Shown here one piece after another: positions 1 to 15,029 of a DNA stretch of 64,000 bases (position 1 is its first letter; the number at the start of each line of letters is the position of its first letter). A program made the position numbers and the translations under genes. The notes beneath the pieces were generated by a model. It ran no database searches and was not told where the DNA came from. It worked only from the letters and a program-made list of their open reading frames with translations. Source of the DNA: Felis catus (taxonomy: Eukaryota); NCBI RefSeq assembly GCF_018350175.1, contig NC_058368.1, forward strand, positions 152,956,001 to 153,020,000, in the 5' to 3' direction.

Positions 1-3000
1 CTGGCCTCTTTACCACACTGAGTTTACCAAGCTTTCCACTATGCCAACATCATACCGTCACCATTCTACCACATGCGACACCTCTTTCCCAATATTGGAA
101 AGCCACTTTTGTGTTAGAAACTCTTTGGAAAGGGATGGGAAAATCCTTTATTTTAGGGGAAAAATGACATCCCATTTACTTACTAATAAATCTAGAATTT
201 CCATTGAGCTGACTTTAATAGTATGTTTTTATGAACCATGTTTAGCAAAGGGAATTAATTTCCTTTCAGTATCACCATGGACTTTTAGAAACCAAGAATG
301 ATTTATTTTGTTTTGTGTCTAAGATTAACCAAGTTAAGAATGGAAAAATCCTATTAGATCATAAGAGACTGTTCCCTTCCCCACTGCAGGATTATGTGCT
401 ACAGTATATTTCCTAATCTTTGTTCTTTTTAATAACATTCTTCCTGTATTCATTTCAAAGTCATTACCCCAAAATATTTCCATGAAATTATATTGTGCGT
501 GATTTCAGATAGAGATAAATTTCTTATGTTTGTTTTATAATACACACCAAAGTTTATTTTTTTTAAATACTGAGCAACATTTATCTCTTTCAAATGGAAC
601 AATCATAGTAGTGTCTCTGTGAGTTTAAATAATAACAGTATTTTCTTGTACTTGAGTAACTTGCAGTATAATTTTGGAATAGTAATATTTTGTTTGGAAC
701 ACAGTGTGGACTGTGGGTCATTTGTCAGATACACTTTACAAAGAAATCAGAATGTACCCTAAATGGAGAGAGGGAAGCAGATCAGGGGTGTGTTTTCTTC
801 TTTGGCTTTCTGTTTTTTGATACAAAAAAGGTGGAATCGATAGACTAATGATCCATTGGTACATGAATAACTTAAATAATAAAGTAGTAGTCTATATTCT
901 CAAGTAGTGTAGAGATGTACAGGTGGACCTGTCAGACTTCAGCAGGTGACTTCTGCTGTGGTTCATGATTCCCAGATGGTATCCAGCCAGCACTTAATCT
1001 GTTCAAAGTTAAGTAAGTAAGATCTATCCACAAAATATAAGTAGGAAATAGTATAAACTAAATTAATCAGCAAATTAGTTATTAGGTACGTCATTATTTA
1101 ATACATTAAATAGTGCTACTGTGGACATTTGTCTTTCAACCTAATGGTGTGTGTGTTTTGAATTTTTCTCAAAGATAGTTTGAAAATCATCTGGCTTTTG
1201 AAAAAACAAACTAGCTAACTTGGGAAACAAAAGAATAAGCCCAAATGTTATATATCACTTAAGTTGGATTTGCGTATTATCTTATTAACAGTCGGCAATT
1301 AAAAAGTCACCTAAATTAATAAGTGTTACTTTTTTCCACGAACCCAGGGAAAATCTACTAGTTTACTACTTAAAAACTGGCCATGGCTCCTCAGTGCATC
1401 CCAGATGAAGTCTAAACTCCTTGGCATAGCATATGCTCCAGTACCCACTGATGCTCAGTCTCCCCTTGCATCCCTTCTCTTTGGCACATCTCCCTCCTGC
1501 CCCTCACCCGTATTCCACTGCTCTCCTGTCTTTACCACTGGGGATTCTGCTGCCACCTGCAACTTTTTCTTTCTTTGCCTGATGTATTACTACTCATTCT
1601 TCATGCCTAGCGTCAAATGGCTGGGTAGTTTTTCTGGGCTTGATGAGGTGCCCCTGAAATATTTTATATTCTCTGGCTTTTTCTAAGGGTGAAATGATGC
1701 TTTTTTCATGTCTCTATCCCTGTGTTCATCTGCGCCACTGTGTGCTAAGTATTTGACAGCAGGTGTATTAAAGGTATTTATGGAATTTGTCAGTAAATTA
1801 ATGAATGAATGTTATAGTAATCCATCCGTGGTTGGATACTACTAATCAATACTTTAATGACTAGTATCCAGTATTTTCTAGTTCTTCATATTTCACACAA
1901 GTGAAACAATTTGTGCCTATTGTATTTTGGTACAGAAGCCATTTTTTTTTATTTGTTCACCTTTGCTGTGAATTCAATGGCAGAATTTTACTCTAATTAT
2001 CTCAGATAAATTACTTGCTCTCACACAGTTGTATACTAAATATTGTGTGCATTTGCCCTTCTGCACATTTGCCTGGGTAAAGAGTGATACCACAGTATCC
2101 AAGGAACTCTCAGAAACACTTGAGAAGTATTCTACTCAAAACCAAGTGTGACATGAATACATAGCTCTTTGGGTGTTTGGAATCTCTCTGGGGAAGCTGA
2201 CACTTGAGACAAACAAAAAAATGCAGGGCTGTACACAGTTCTGTTAAAATGCTCAGAGGATAAAATAATTGCTCTAGAAATTCAAAGTGGAGATGATAAA
2301 GAAGGACTAGGGGAGGCGTAGCATATGAGTGTGATTTTAAGGGCAAATAGGGGGCAGAATGCCGCAGGAGGTTGGGGGCATCATAGCAGAGGTCCGAGCT
2401 CTGGATAATGTTTGCTTGATCCCCCTTCCTCACTTTACCTATTCTCCAGACACTCCGATGTGTCTGCTGCTATGCACAGGATCACACTAGCCAAGTTCTG
2501 GGAAAGGATCCAGTAGGAAACATGTCAGAAACTTCCTGGCCATAACAGAAAATTGCTTCAGTATCAAATTGCTTTGTTGCTTGGGCCTCACATCTGTTTC
2601 CTTGTCCTTTCACCAACCCCTGTGCTGGTTCAAGTGGATCTCCTGATTCCTGCCTCCTTGACCTTGTAACCATTCCAGAAGCCTTGCCATTGTGCCTCAG
2701 GGTTCTCATCTGCCTGCTTGATTTTTTTTATTTTTATTTTTTTCCTTTGGTCTTTGAGCTCCTATGACGTGTATGTTCTCATTTTCTGCCTGGCTGAGCG
2801 AGGTTCCTGACTTGCTCCTCTCAGTCAGATTCTTTGCTTGTTAGTGAATCTGGCTTGCCATCGATTTAGTTGCTGACCTCTAGTTTTTAGTATAGTTGGC
2901 TTTCTACCCATCTAGACTGCATTTCCAACCAGAAAATAGAGTAGTCTCAGTTTCCTGCCCTGCGTCTTGTTTTGTCATAACTATCAGCTCACTTGGCATG

Positions 3001-4166
3001 AGTGATTCATTTATGGGAAGACTGAAAAAATAGGATAAATTTATGAAAGGATTTCCAAGATAGGTTTAAGTTGTGATTTCACTCTCTATGCCAATAGTTT
3101 TTGAAGTAGGAGGTTTGCACTTCAAAAATACACAGGATGATCCATTGGGGTGTGGAAAGAAATTATTATAATGATTAGTCCATTGTGTTTTATCTTAAAA
3201 TTTTTTAAAGAATTACCATTATTTAAAATACAAAAGAAATGAAAAATGTAAATATTTAGAATAAAAATAAATAGCACAAATATTTAAATTATAGATGGAC
3301 CAGTTTACTCTGTATGCCAGATGGTCACATACCACGTGTGGCAACAGGTTTCTGGAGGGAGGTATCCAAACTCCACATCTTGTAAGAGTTGACAGTGGGG
3401 ACCTTGTTTATTCACTTTCAGCATATTTGAAGAATTGCATTTTATGTGTGCCTAGATTTACAGATTGTGTTTTTAGCTTTAACCTGAATAGCATTCACAA
3501 AATGATCAAGTGCCTTAAAAAGATTCTGGTCAAGAGCTACAGATCGTATGCATCTGAGAACTAGAAACACAAAACCTATACACTTAATACAAACTCTTCC
3601 TCAACTATATACATAGAAATCTTAAAGGTTAAGTATAAAAGTGAAAAGAACACTATTTTAAAACGACAATACCATGCTCATTCACTGTGCTTTTTATCTC
3701 CAAGTAGAATAAACACATAGGATGAGGTTCTTCATCAAAGATAGTTTTATATCTACCTTTCAAATAGTCTTGGAAATTACCAGTTTTTGTTGGTGGAATC
3801 TCTATTACAACTGATTAAAAATACCATTGATTTTTGCTCTAAGTGTAGTTAAGAAAAAGTTTGTATTAGGAGTATAAGTATCACCTTTGACATGTGATTG
3901 CATCATAAGGAGTACCTTCAGTCTGTAAGTTTTGGCAAGAATCTTTTTCAAGATGTATATATGCATGTTTTCCCTGCTATCTGAAAATTCACTTTATGCC
4001 ACTTTGTTTTTACAAAGGACCTACAGTAGCTGTTTGCCCTAACCAAGGGAAATGCAAAGAGGGTTTTCACTTTTACAAAATGGTAGCTGTCTCTTGGCTT
4101 TAACACCATTTCAATTTATGTAAGATTTAATAGGAATGCTCTACTTTCAGATAGCGGGAGAAACTT

Positions 4167-4189
4167 GTATATGTGTGTGTGTGAATATA

Positions 4190-4229
<40 letters not shown>

Positions 4230-4230
4230 A

Positions 4231-4282
<52 letters not shown>
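4167..4282. repeat. Compound microsatellite (TG)n(TA)n(TG)n(TA)n(CA)n
   Basis: Directly visible. Confidence 0.95.
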
Positions 4283-4745
4283 GAGACACGCTCATATACT
4301 TCTCACAATTTTTATCTTTAATAGCAAGAAACTATTGGCCAAAAATCTAATTTTTATTGGAATACATTTTTTTATAGCAGCAATGGCAGGTTCTTTTGTC
4401 AGTGTTCCTCTCTATTCCTATTAGAGTTCTCAGGTGTTTGAACTTGGCAACTCATAAGAGAAAGGATGACATTAAAGTAGTCTGAGATCGTCCTTATATT
4501 AACTGAGTTGTGGCCATATCTTATTTAATATTGAAAAATAGAGTTCCAGTTAATGGGATTTCTCTCCATTCTACAAATAAACCTAGTAAAGGAGTTACAA
4601 AAGAGAACTATAACATCTTAAATACCTTCGATGGGTTTACCAAGGAAAGTAAAATTATAACTATAAAATCAGTGTGGTTCTATTTTTAAGTGAAATTCTT
4701 TAGGAAAATGGAGTAGGTAGGTAGCATAATGAGAGTTCTGTTTTT

Positions 4746-4966
4746 TTTTTTTTAATTTTTTTTTCAATGTTTTTTATTTATTTTTGGGACAGAGAGAGAC
4801 AGAGCATGAACGGGGGAGGGGCAGAGAGGGAGACACAGAATCAGAAACAGGCTCCAGGCTCCGAGCCACCAGCCCAGAGCCTGATACGGGGCTCGAACTC
4901 ACGGACCGTGAGATGGTGACCTGGCTGAAGTCGGACGCTTAACCGACTGCGCCACCCAGGCGCCCC
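4746..4966 (-). mobile_element. Young felid CanSINE (SINEC_Fc-like)
   Basis: CpG-rich and near consensus. Perfect TSD GAGAGTTCTGTTTTT at 4731-4745 and 4967-4981. Confidence 0.95.
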
Positions 4967-7900
4967 GAGAGTTCTGTTTTTAATTTATATAAGTTCTTTT
5001 ATGTATTGACAACAGTGTGGCTCTTTTAGACTACTAGGCATTTAGCTTTTGATCTCTCTGTATTCTGTAAATGTTAGGAACCACCAGTTTGTCTCTTGAT
5101 CCAAACATTCCCATCTAGGCTGAATCCATGATCAGTTAGTTACCCTTGTTAATTCAAAATCTATTAAAAGGTGTTATTTGGATTCATTCTCTTAATATTT
5201 CCATAGAAACTAAAAATTGTCCAACAGTATTATTTTTACATACTTTTTACCTAGGAGAATAAAGTTTTTTTTAGCTTATGGTAATTTTTATTAATGCAAA
5301 ACATATGAAATGAATCGCACAAAAGTTGACCTTGTAACTTCTCACATGTTATATTAGTAGTTTTAATATTACATACTAAATATATAATGCCTACCTCCTT
5401 TATTTGTGTATTTATTTTGGCCTCAGCCTTCTCAGCTTTCTGAGTCTCCCAAAGAGTATAAACTTTTTGGAATCAGAAGCAATGTCCTGGACTTTTTTCC
5501 CCTTGTCCTGTCAGGAAGTTAAGTGGGGACTTTACCAAATCTCTCCAAAAAGTGCCTTCCAGTATCTCAGGTTGAGAACGCCTGTGCTTAAGAGAACAGG
5601 TCAAAGTGTACTGTTGATTGGCCCCATAATGATTAGACTGCCAAGTCTATAGTGCTTCAAGTCTGCTTGGCTTCAAAACTTGGCTCTGCCATTTCTGAGC
5701 CGCACGATGGCGGCAGTTGACTTACTGAGCCAATCGCAAGGAGTTGTCATGAGCATAAAATGCAAAACAGTATATAAATATCCTGACAAGGTGCCTAATA
5801 CACGGTAAGGACTTCATATATAAAAACTGCTATTATTGTCATTATGATTACGGAGAGGAGAGAACCTTGTTCAACAGGGGTGTTTAAAGAGGTACTTAAC
5901 CTCTCAAGACCATTGGTAAACAGCAGCAAGCCTGTTGTAATGCTGATACCAGGTCCTTTTATAACAAAGGAAGCAAGAGGGAAAAGGAGAACCAGAAACA
6001 GCTGAATAAGAAGACCTAAGTCAACTGGAGGCCTGACTGGCCTTAATGATTTTAAGTGACAGTACCAAGCATTTCTCTTGACCTTCTGCCAGCATTATCT
6101 TTTGCTGAAAGTTAATTAATTCCAGTTCTCAGATCTATATTGTCCACATTCATTTTTATGTAGTAGAAATTTGGGACTTTTATATTTCCATTTAAAACAA
6201 ATTTTCATTCCCCCTAACCTTTCAGGTTTGTACTATATGAAAAACAAGACTAGACAAATATAGCAGGTCTTGAAAACACCATTTTCAATATTGAATGAAA
6301 CGAGAAAAATTATTCAGAAGCAAACCCTAAAATCAAAAGAAAGCCATTCCTATATTTGGTGAAGAGAATTGGAATATTAAGAAATGTATTGTTAGAAGCA
6401 CATATTAAGAATTTATTATATAAATATATATTTATATATAATATATAATATATATATACTGACTAATAATATGTATGTCATATATATAATATATATACTA
6501 ATATTATGCTGTATAATATATATACAATATAATATATATACTGACTTCTTTAATCCTCACAATGGCCCTCAGTAAGTAGTTATCGTTGCCGTTTTGCAGA
6601 TGAAGACATTGAGGCACCAACAGTTTAACTTTGCTAACGACAAACATCTAGTAAACCGCTTAGTAGCTAGCTCTGCTCATGCCTAAACTTGTGTCCTGTC
6701 AATTCTATGTGAATTCTGTGTTCACATGTATTTCCGATGATTAAAAGGCTCAGTGTAAAAAATTCTGTGCCACACTTAACTAGGAGTTTGTGTTTTCGCC
6801 TAAGTAATTGGGTCCCCAGCAAGTCATGTGCATTATACACTGCAGAAATGTAGGGCCAGTGCCTTCTCAGTAATCACTAATTGCTTAGGGCAGGGTGGAA
6901 GCAATCTCTGTATTTATCCAACTCTAGAATGGAAGTGTCCCCTCTCATAGGAGCAGCCATTACACCAGTAATCAGAGAATCGGTGCTCTTATCAATTTCA
7001 CACCTAACCCAAAGAATAAACCTGAATTTGTAGACTTTTTACTACACTATCCTGTTATATCCATATTTCCCACTTCCCTAGTGGGAATTCTTCTTTTTCT
7101 GATTTGGTGGAAGTTAAGCAATTAGGTCTAATAGAGGTTTTACTTTGGAAAAGTGGTAACATAAAAATAGTTTTAGAGATAATGATTAGTATACATGTGA
7201 AATTGTAAAATGCCTCTAGTCGTATTAAGATTATAATAAAATTTTAACAAGTTGTCTTCAAATTTTAGTTTTCCTCAATTGCAGGAAATTGAAATTTGAT
7301 GAGGAAACCTAGATACATCCTCCATTTGAAGTAGTTCAAGTCTGTGCCTTAGAAGCCACATTTATCACAATTCATGGATCTCTTCTTGTTGCAGAGTAGT
7401 TTTCTAAATATAATCACAAAGAGAGACCTTCCTGTCCATAAACCTCATTCTGAAATGAGTTCCATGTGAGTGTCCACAGAAAGAACGAAGCCAACCACAA
7501 GGCACTTTCAAGATACATGTGTTCATTTCATTTGAAAATATTGAAAGTTAGTTGTTCATCGATACATGATACTTTCCTCATGCCTCAACATCATAAATCT
7601 TTATAAGTGAATATCATGCTATATAGTGTTTGGTCACCGTGGCATGAATTTTGAAGATTTAATAAGACCCTCTTAGTATGAATACTTTAACAGTGAAAAT
7701 CTAATCCTTTTTTCAGTATGTGCAGTAGAGGATGGGACTATTTTAATGGACCCAGGTTTAGCTGAGTAATAACATCTTAATAACTTTAGGTTGTGCCAGC
7801 TGCTGTCCTAACATGGAGACTGTCTCATTTAACCTCACAACAGATCTTTGAGTGAGCTACTCTTACTCTCCCTATTTTAAAAATAATAAACCTGAGGCTC

Positions 7901-10875
7901 AGAGAGCTTAGCTAGCCTAAGATCACAAAACTATGACGTGGTGATAAACTGTTTGTCCTAATTCTAGACCAAAGAATTATAGATAATAGGCTTAGTGAAG
8001 CATAACTATATTAGTGTGGTTAGTGTATTACCAAAAATTATGTAAGTAAAAATTTTGTAAATATAATTACTTTATCTAATAATTGACCTTTAATAAAAGA
8101 GATACTTCTCCTGTTTCTCCTTGCTTTTCACTTACCAGCAGCTGCCAGATCCTTTTCATTAACTTTATAGGTCAAGTGGTTAATAATCCTTAAGTAGACC
8201 TTTAAATTCACCAGCTAAGTTTATTTATTAACAATAACAAAAACAAAAGCAGCCTGTTTTTCAAGAAACCCCGTCTAAATAACAGTAGTCATGTGATCAC
8301 AATGTTTTAATTACCTTTAAGATCTCTTAAGAGATGAATTCTCTAAGTGACTATTGGAACATTTATGAACAAAGATATGTTATGGTCTCTGCCTGTGTGC
8401 TTTCCTCATAACTGGATTTTGTGATGTTTGTAATTTTTTCTTTTTCTTTCTTTAACTTTGAAAATTTTATACATAATTAAACTTTATTTTTAATATTCAT
8501 TATTATTAATTTGTGGGGATTATTCCCTAGAAAATACTACCTTCTCAAGATAGTACTCTTAAAGTAATCTTAGAAAAGGTAATATATTCAGATGTAGTTT
8601 AGGGTAACTTATTTTTAATTATTTGTTATAAGGTATTTATCATTTGCAAAAAAGTAATAATTTAGAATAATCAATATTCTGATTTAAAAGCACCTTGATG
8701 TTAAAATAATAACTTTGAAGTTTGTTGTGTTGAGCGACTCTGGAGTTTGGCTTAAGAATTCAGATACTATTTAGTCCCCCAGACTTGAGTATTACGTATT
8801 AATCTCTATGGCCTTTGCTCTGAAATCTGGGGAAGAACCACATGAACTGAACATGATGAGGTCCATGACCTTATTTGTTTGTTTTTCCATTGTGTCTGAA
8901 GGCTAAACTCTTTCAGGAACGCAAAAAGCACTGCAAAAATGAACATTGACTGTGGGATTGGTAGAAAAGGGGGTGGGAACCAAGTAAAAAATACACATCG
9001 AGTTCTAAAATTAGCCTCTGTTATCACTGTGCTGCCCATGGGGGGCTGCTGGCTATCCTGTGGTTGAGAGGACTCTCCCCCACCTTCACTGAGACACTCT
9101 GACGAGGAGCCCAGCCTTCTGCTCACAGACTTTGCCCTTATATAGTATACTCCATGGGTGCACTTCATCCTTAGAAAAATTACCCAAATTCACTTCAAAA
9201 GAGCACATCGGTTTATTTTACTTACGATTATACACATAACGAATAGTTCAGCATTTCATAGCTCATTCGTGTAAATATTTAGTCTGTAATGATAAGGATT
9301 CAGGCCATACTTAGCATTATTTGTTGATACTTACAAGCCCTGTACATTTGTGATTGTCTTATATTTGGGGTGACAGATTATGGCTTAGATGGGTATGGGC
9401 AGGGACTCTTGACCTCTGCATAGCATTTCCCAGATGTTTTCTTAGGTGTCGACTGGCTCCAGGGCTTGGAGACTTGGAGATGTTCAGGGGGCATTTGGAT
9501 AGAGTTTGTCATTGGCCTCCCAATGAGTTTTCAGTGTAGCCACTTTATGACATTTTTGTGGGATTGCCTCTAGAATCCCGTTCCAGGGAGTTAATTGGAA
9601 GTAACGATTACATGTAACAAGGCAATGACAGTTCTTCAAAACATGGACTTAATATAACAACTTTTCATTTGTAGTGGCACCATACTGTCATTTAAGAACA
9701 TTAAAAATATGAAGACATTTTGAAATTGATAACATCATTACACTAAATAAAATCTAAAGGAAATGTATATTTTCAGCAGTCCCGCCACCAACGGATAAAC
9801 TGATAAGGCCCCTTTGTGGTGGAGCCTGGCCATTTGAATTTTCAGGAACGTGTGCAGGTGATCTTTTGGGCACCCCAGGTGAAGAACCAAAGTTTGATAT
9901 AGTTTCAGCCAGTGTGTATGTTACTTTATATTCTTTTTATATATTCTGTTTTACTTAATGTGATATCAGATACTTACAGTGCTCTTTCATAATCTTTAAA
10001 TTTTTCATTACAATGTTTGTATATTTTTGTATTATAATTTTTTGAATCATTCTTCTAATGTTGAGTCTCATATTTGTAAGTTAGTGGAGGACAATGATGC
10101 ATTATTATTTGGTTTTTACTGGATCATTTCCCGACCAAATCAAAGGGAATGAACAAACCTTGCTGTTCATTGTTGCCACATTGCTTTCATAAGAAGGGAT
10201 GTGGCAATCCCAATACTATCAGCAGCGAGTGCTTGTTTCACCATAACTTTCCTGGAATTGGGTATTATCATTTACTAAAGCACATTTTAAATCCCCATGC
10301 TTTTCAGGGCTTCCAGAAATGAGAAGGGAAAATACCACAAATAGCGACATTTATAAATAAAACCATGGATAATTCCCTGGAAGCTGGGGGATATAAATAG
10401 TGCTGTGTCTATAATCAAATAGATACCAGTAGGTTATTCTCATTTAAAAGTGACTTTCTAAATCATTACCAACAAAAATTTGTAAAATGTAAATTACCTA
10501 CAACAACCAAAAATGAATAAAAATTAACTATCGTGACTTATGCCAACTGTGTGTTTAACAGTTAGAATATTCAAAATGAGTAAACAGGACTGTGGTGAGT
10601 CAAAACAACATGAACAGGTGTAACCTGCTTCACATAGTTAAGGTTTATACCACACGCAGAATCTGACACACTGCTGGGGAAATAAATTTCAAACCTGATC
10701 ATCTCTGTAATTGAGAGTCCAGACTTCTTTCCTTAAAAGAAAAAATCAGCCAGAGAGCCTCACCTTATGTTTTTTATTATCCGTAGGCTATAGAAAGCGT
10801 GCTTTCAAGCAGAAAGTAGATTATTGGCTAATAATGACTTGAAATGCAGATATTCAGAGAATATCTCTAAACTTT

Positions 10876-11082
10876 GTAAAAAATGTTTATTTATTTTTGA
10901 GAGTGATAGATAGAGAGAGAATGAGTAGGGGACAGGTAGAGAGAGAGGGAGACACAGAATCCGAAGCAGGCTCCAGGCTCCTAGCTGTCAGCCCAGCACC
11001 CAGATGCAGAGCTCAGTGAACCATGAGATCATGACCTGAGCTGAAGTTAGACGCTTAACCAGTCGAGCCACCCAGAGGCCCC
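10876..11082 (-). mobile_element. CanSINE
   Basis: tRNA-derived head, (GA)n, T tail. TSD TCTCTAAACTTT. Confidence 0.93.
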
Positions 11083-11708
11083 TGTCTCTAAACTTTTGAG
11101 TTGGACTCCTCTTCTTCCTCTTCCAGTTCCTCACCTTCTATCATTTTTATCATCACCAGTTTTTTGTAAGTGGATCATTTGTAGTTACTATACTGAATAG
11201 TACTTTTTTTTTTATTTAATCTTTATCACGGCTGTTAGAGAGATGTATTTTATTCCTCCATTTTTCAAGTGAGGAAACTGAATAGGGAGGGAAAAAACGC
11301 ACCATTCAACACTGGTTGTACAACCAGTAAGAGCAGCAGCTGGAATTTGACTGACATAGAGTGAGTCCCTCAGTATCTACCCTTCTTCCATGCTGAAATC
11401 AAACATTTCAGTGGACTTGCAGAGATTATTTGGCTCTCACAGATGCTATGGTTTGGGTGCTAGATCGGCTTAATCTGATAGTTGTGGAAGGTGCTAATTT
11501 TTGTGGGAAGTAGTCCAAGAGTTTTGAATCAATTCTGATTCTAATGATCCTCCAGAAGGTTTTCTTGACTTTCAGCACACCTGTAGAGGTTTTATGACAG
11601 GACATGTCTACTAGACTGAACAAAAGCCCAGATCTAGAGAGAATAATCTAAAACATCTGTTTTTCAGAGGCCAGTCCTCTTTTATTGACATCCACTCACC
11701 ACTAGGTG

Positions 11709-11897
11709 TTTTTTTTTTTTTTAAGTTAGTTTATTTATTTGAGAGAAAGAGTGAGTGAGCAGGGGAGAGCCAGAGAGAAGGGGATGCACTGTCAGGGCAG
11801 GTCCTGACACAGGGCTTGATCCCATGAACCGTGAGATCATGACTTGAGCGGAAATCAAGAGTCAGATGCTCAGCCAACTGAGCCACTCATGCTCCCC
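11709..11897 (-). mobile_element. CanSINE
   Basis: Head, (GA)n and poly-T. Degenerate TSD around cactaggt. Confidence 0.9.
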
Positions 11898-12209
11898 ATC
11901 CGTCACTAGGTTTTCATCTTGCAGCAATTTTTTTGGGGGGGGGGGGGATCTTACATGTCCATCAGTCACTAAGTTCATTTGAGAGGTAGATACAAAGATT
12001 AGTGGAAAGCCTGTCAATTTTGAATGTAGCTATATCTGAATTTAAATCCAGCCCCACTACTTATTTTTATAACTTTGGACAGCTAAATTACTTAATGTCT
12101 CTGTACCTAAATTTTTTGGTCCTTAAAACGTATATAGCAGTCACAAGTTTGCAGGGTCGTTATGAAGATTAAATGAGAAACAACTGGAGTTTGAAAAATG
12201 AAAATTCTT

Positions 12210-12434
12210 AGGGCACCTGGCTGGCTCAGTCCGTTAAGCGGCCAACTCTTGATTTTGGCTCAGGTCATGATCTCATGGTCATGAATCAAGCCCTGGATTG
12301 GGCTCCGCAGTGACAGCATGGAGCGTGCTTGGGATTCATTCTCAATCTCTCTCTCTCTCTCTCCTCTCATTCTCACTCTGCCTCTCCCCGCTCACACTCC
12401 CTCTGTCTCAAAATAAATGAACAGTTAAAAAAAG
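12210..12434 (+). mobile_element. CanSINE
   Basis: TSD GAAAAATGAAAATTCTT at 12193-12209 and 12435-12451. Confidence 0.93.
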
Positions 12435-12979
12435 GAAAAATGAAAATTCTTCCTCAAAGTAATCTCTTTCTTTGCTAAAATGTACTGTAATTATTTAATG
12501 TATTCATCTGTGATTCAGGTGAAGTTTAGCATAAGCTTTGAGTGTTGCTCCCTTAGAGGACATAGAGACAGTAGCTTGAGATCTCATCACTGCTAGAATA
12601 AATATTTTGAAAAAGGGTTATTTTGCAAATAGTTCATTTGCTTCTTGAATAAAAAAGATCATTTTTCCTTCCAGGGTCAGTTTTTGCCCTTCATTTATTT
12701 TCATTATTCTAGATTCAGCTGGCCCCTAGAATTTTTATCAGATATGACTTCTCTTTAATATGCTAATGGAGAATGATGAACATTTTATAGTTTATTTCTA
12801 TCATGAGCTAAGCTCATAAAGAAATTTATGTTAGGTGGAGTTATAATTTCATTAGTGTCTTTTCCTCTATTGCAGAAAACAAGTTTTTCTCATTATAAAA
12901 CAATTATAAACAGTTATAAGTTTCTTATAAAGTGAATAACTCAACAGAAATAGTGTAGTTAATGTTTCATATGTCAAAA

Positions 12980-13186
12980 GGAGGCACCTGGTGGCTCAGT
13001 CATTTGAGCAGCTGACTTGATTTTGGCTTAGGTCGTGATTTTATGGTTCATGGGATCAAGTCCCACATCGGGCTCTATGCTGAGTGTGAAGCCAGCTTAA
13101 GATTCTCTTTCCCTCTGCCCCCTCTGTCTGCTTGTTCTTTCTCTCTCTAAAATAAAATATAAACAAGCAATAAACAAACAAATAAA
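12980..13186 (+). mobile_element. CanSINE
   Basis: ggcacctggtggctcagtc head, (CT)n and A-rich tail. Confidence 0.9.
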
Positions 13187-14149
13187 ATGTCAACATGGAA
13201 TTTTGCTTCCTTAAGTTTAAAAAAATCTAACCTAAGTTCCTCTTTACTTAAATAATCCCTCTTATAAAATGTTTTTACCAAACTGCTACCTGCCAAATCC
13301 ATTGTGTTTTTTTTCCATTTCTTATCTTCTTATGATATTGTTTACCACATCCTACTTTGTGCAACTCTTTTGACATTTTCATTAGTTTCAAAATTTTATT
13401 ATGAAACATATAAACTACTAAAAATGTGAGCACTGATGTGCCTCCTCCCAGTTCAATAAAACATTATCAACCGTTCAACTTCCCTGTATGTTCCTCCCTG
13501 CTTGTAATCCTGCCCAAACAGATGTGTAACCATTATCCAAAATTTGGTATAGAACATTCTCATTCATTTTTTACACTTTTTCTATATATTTGTGTACTCC
13601 TACACAATATGTCATGTTACATTTTATATGTTTTTAACCTTTATATAAATGACATTATAGTGTATTTGTGTGTTCGTCAGCACTTGTTTTTGTATTTTTC
13701 ACTCGACATTGTTTTATGAGATAATTCTGTGACACTACTCTCTGTTTGCCCTCACCTATGTTTCTCCCACTATTCTCCTTTGGTTGGACCCCACTCCTGT
13801 ATTGGTTTTGTTCCCAGGGTCCTGTAACTGACAGCCTTTTCTTCTTACCGCACAGTCTCTCCCTGTGTATTCCTTGCCTCACTTGGCTTTTTCAAACCTC
13901 TTGTATTCTCTTGAGATCCAGGCCTGTTTGTGTAAAAACCTGCTGGATATCTGCGACAGGATATCCTGCAAGCACCCTAAACTTCATCTTTCAAAAAGTG
14001 AATTCACAATTTTTTCCCCTAGACCTGCAATCTCTTCTGCTTTTCTTTTATCTGAATAAGGACACACCGTCACTCTGTGATTCGTGCTGTTCGTTTAGAT
14101 ACTCTGAAATCCCTAGTATTCTTTACTGTTCACACTCCTTAAACCACTA

Positions 14150-14810
14150 AGTCCTCTAGAGGCTAAAAGCAAACACTGAGCTACCGGAACAAAACACATA
14201 ATAATACATATACATAAGAACATTGCCAGGTTTTTTTTTTCTTATGTAACATCCTGAAAAGAGTGCCCAAGTCAGTGGGCAGCTCATCTCTATGAAACCC
14301 TTTAGAGACTCAGACCACAGCACCTCTTCTGTCATCAACATATGACCTCCAAGGTTACAGTTCCAGCTAGTGGGAGGGGGCACAGAGGAAGACCAAGGTC
14401 AACAATTAACTCTTAAGTAAGGCTAAGTTCATATCACTTTCATGAACATTGTGCAGGCTATAAGGAGTTCTCTTGCTCTCTTTTTCTAAATTTTTTTTAA
14501 TGTTTATTTTATTTTTGACAGAAAGAGAGACAGAGCATGAGCAGGGGAGGGGCAGAGAGAGAGGGAGACACAGAATCCAAAGCAGGCTCCAGGCTCTGAG
14601 CTGTCAGCGTAGAGCCCGATGCGGGGCTCGAACTCAAAGACCGCGAGATCATGACCTGAGTTGAAGTCAGATGCTCAACCAACTGAGCCACCCAGGTGCC
14701 CCAGGAGTTCTCTTGCTCTCTTACGTGGCCAGCCACCCCCTAGCCATAACTCTATACCATGAAAGCGTGGGAGAATGGATTTTGGTGGGTAATCCCGTAT
14801 CTGTGCCACA
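14150..14810 (-). mobile_element. Old MLT1-like LTR fragment split by a CanSINE
   Basis: Terminal ...gagaatggattttggtgggtaatcccgtatctgtgccaca resembles old MLT1 ends. Confidence 0.5.
14483..14702 (-). mobile_element. Felid CanSINE
   Basis: 20-bp TSD AGGAGTTCTCTTGCTCTCTT at 14463-14482 and 14703-14722. Confidence 0.95.
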
Positions 14811-15029
14811 CATAAATTCATAAATGTCTTTCAGGGGCTTTCCTTTCTTACCCCATTTAAATGCCACTGCTGTAGTTCAAGGCTTCAACATCTCTTGCTT
14901 AAATTACTTCAAATAACCTTTTGCCTGGTTATGTTTATTTCTTTCAGCCCATTTCCCATGCTAATGTCACAATTCTTTTTTTTTTAATATTGGCATTCTG
15001 TGGTTTTTCTTCAAGAAAAATTTTTAAAA

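Noticed and set aside
2400..2980. CT-rich stretch reminiscent of an ancient Gypsy-like LTR
   Set aside because: No termini, TSD or diagnostic motif I can support without a Dfam search.
8806..9168. 120-aa minus-strand ORF and a nearby TATATAAG / CArG-like motif
   Set aside because: No recognisable homology, and a single short motif is expected by chance in 64 kb.
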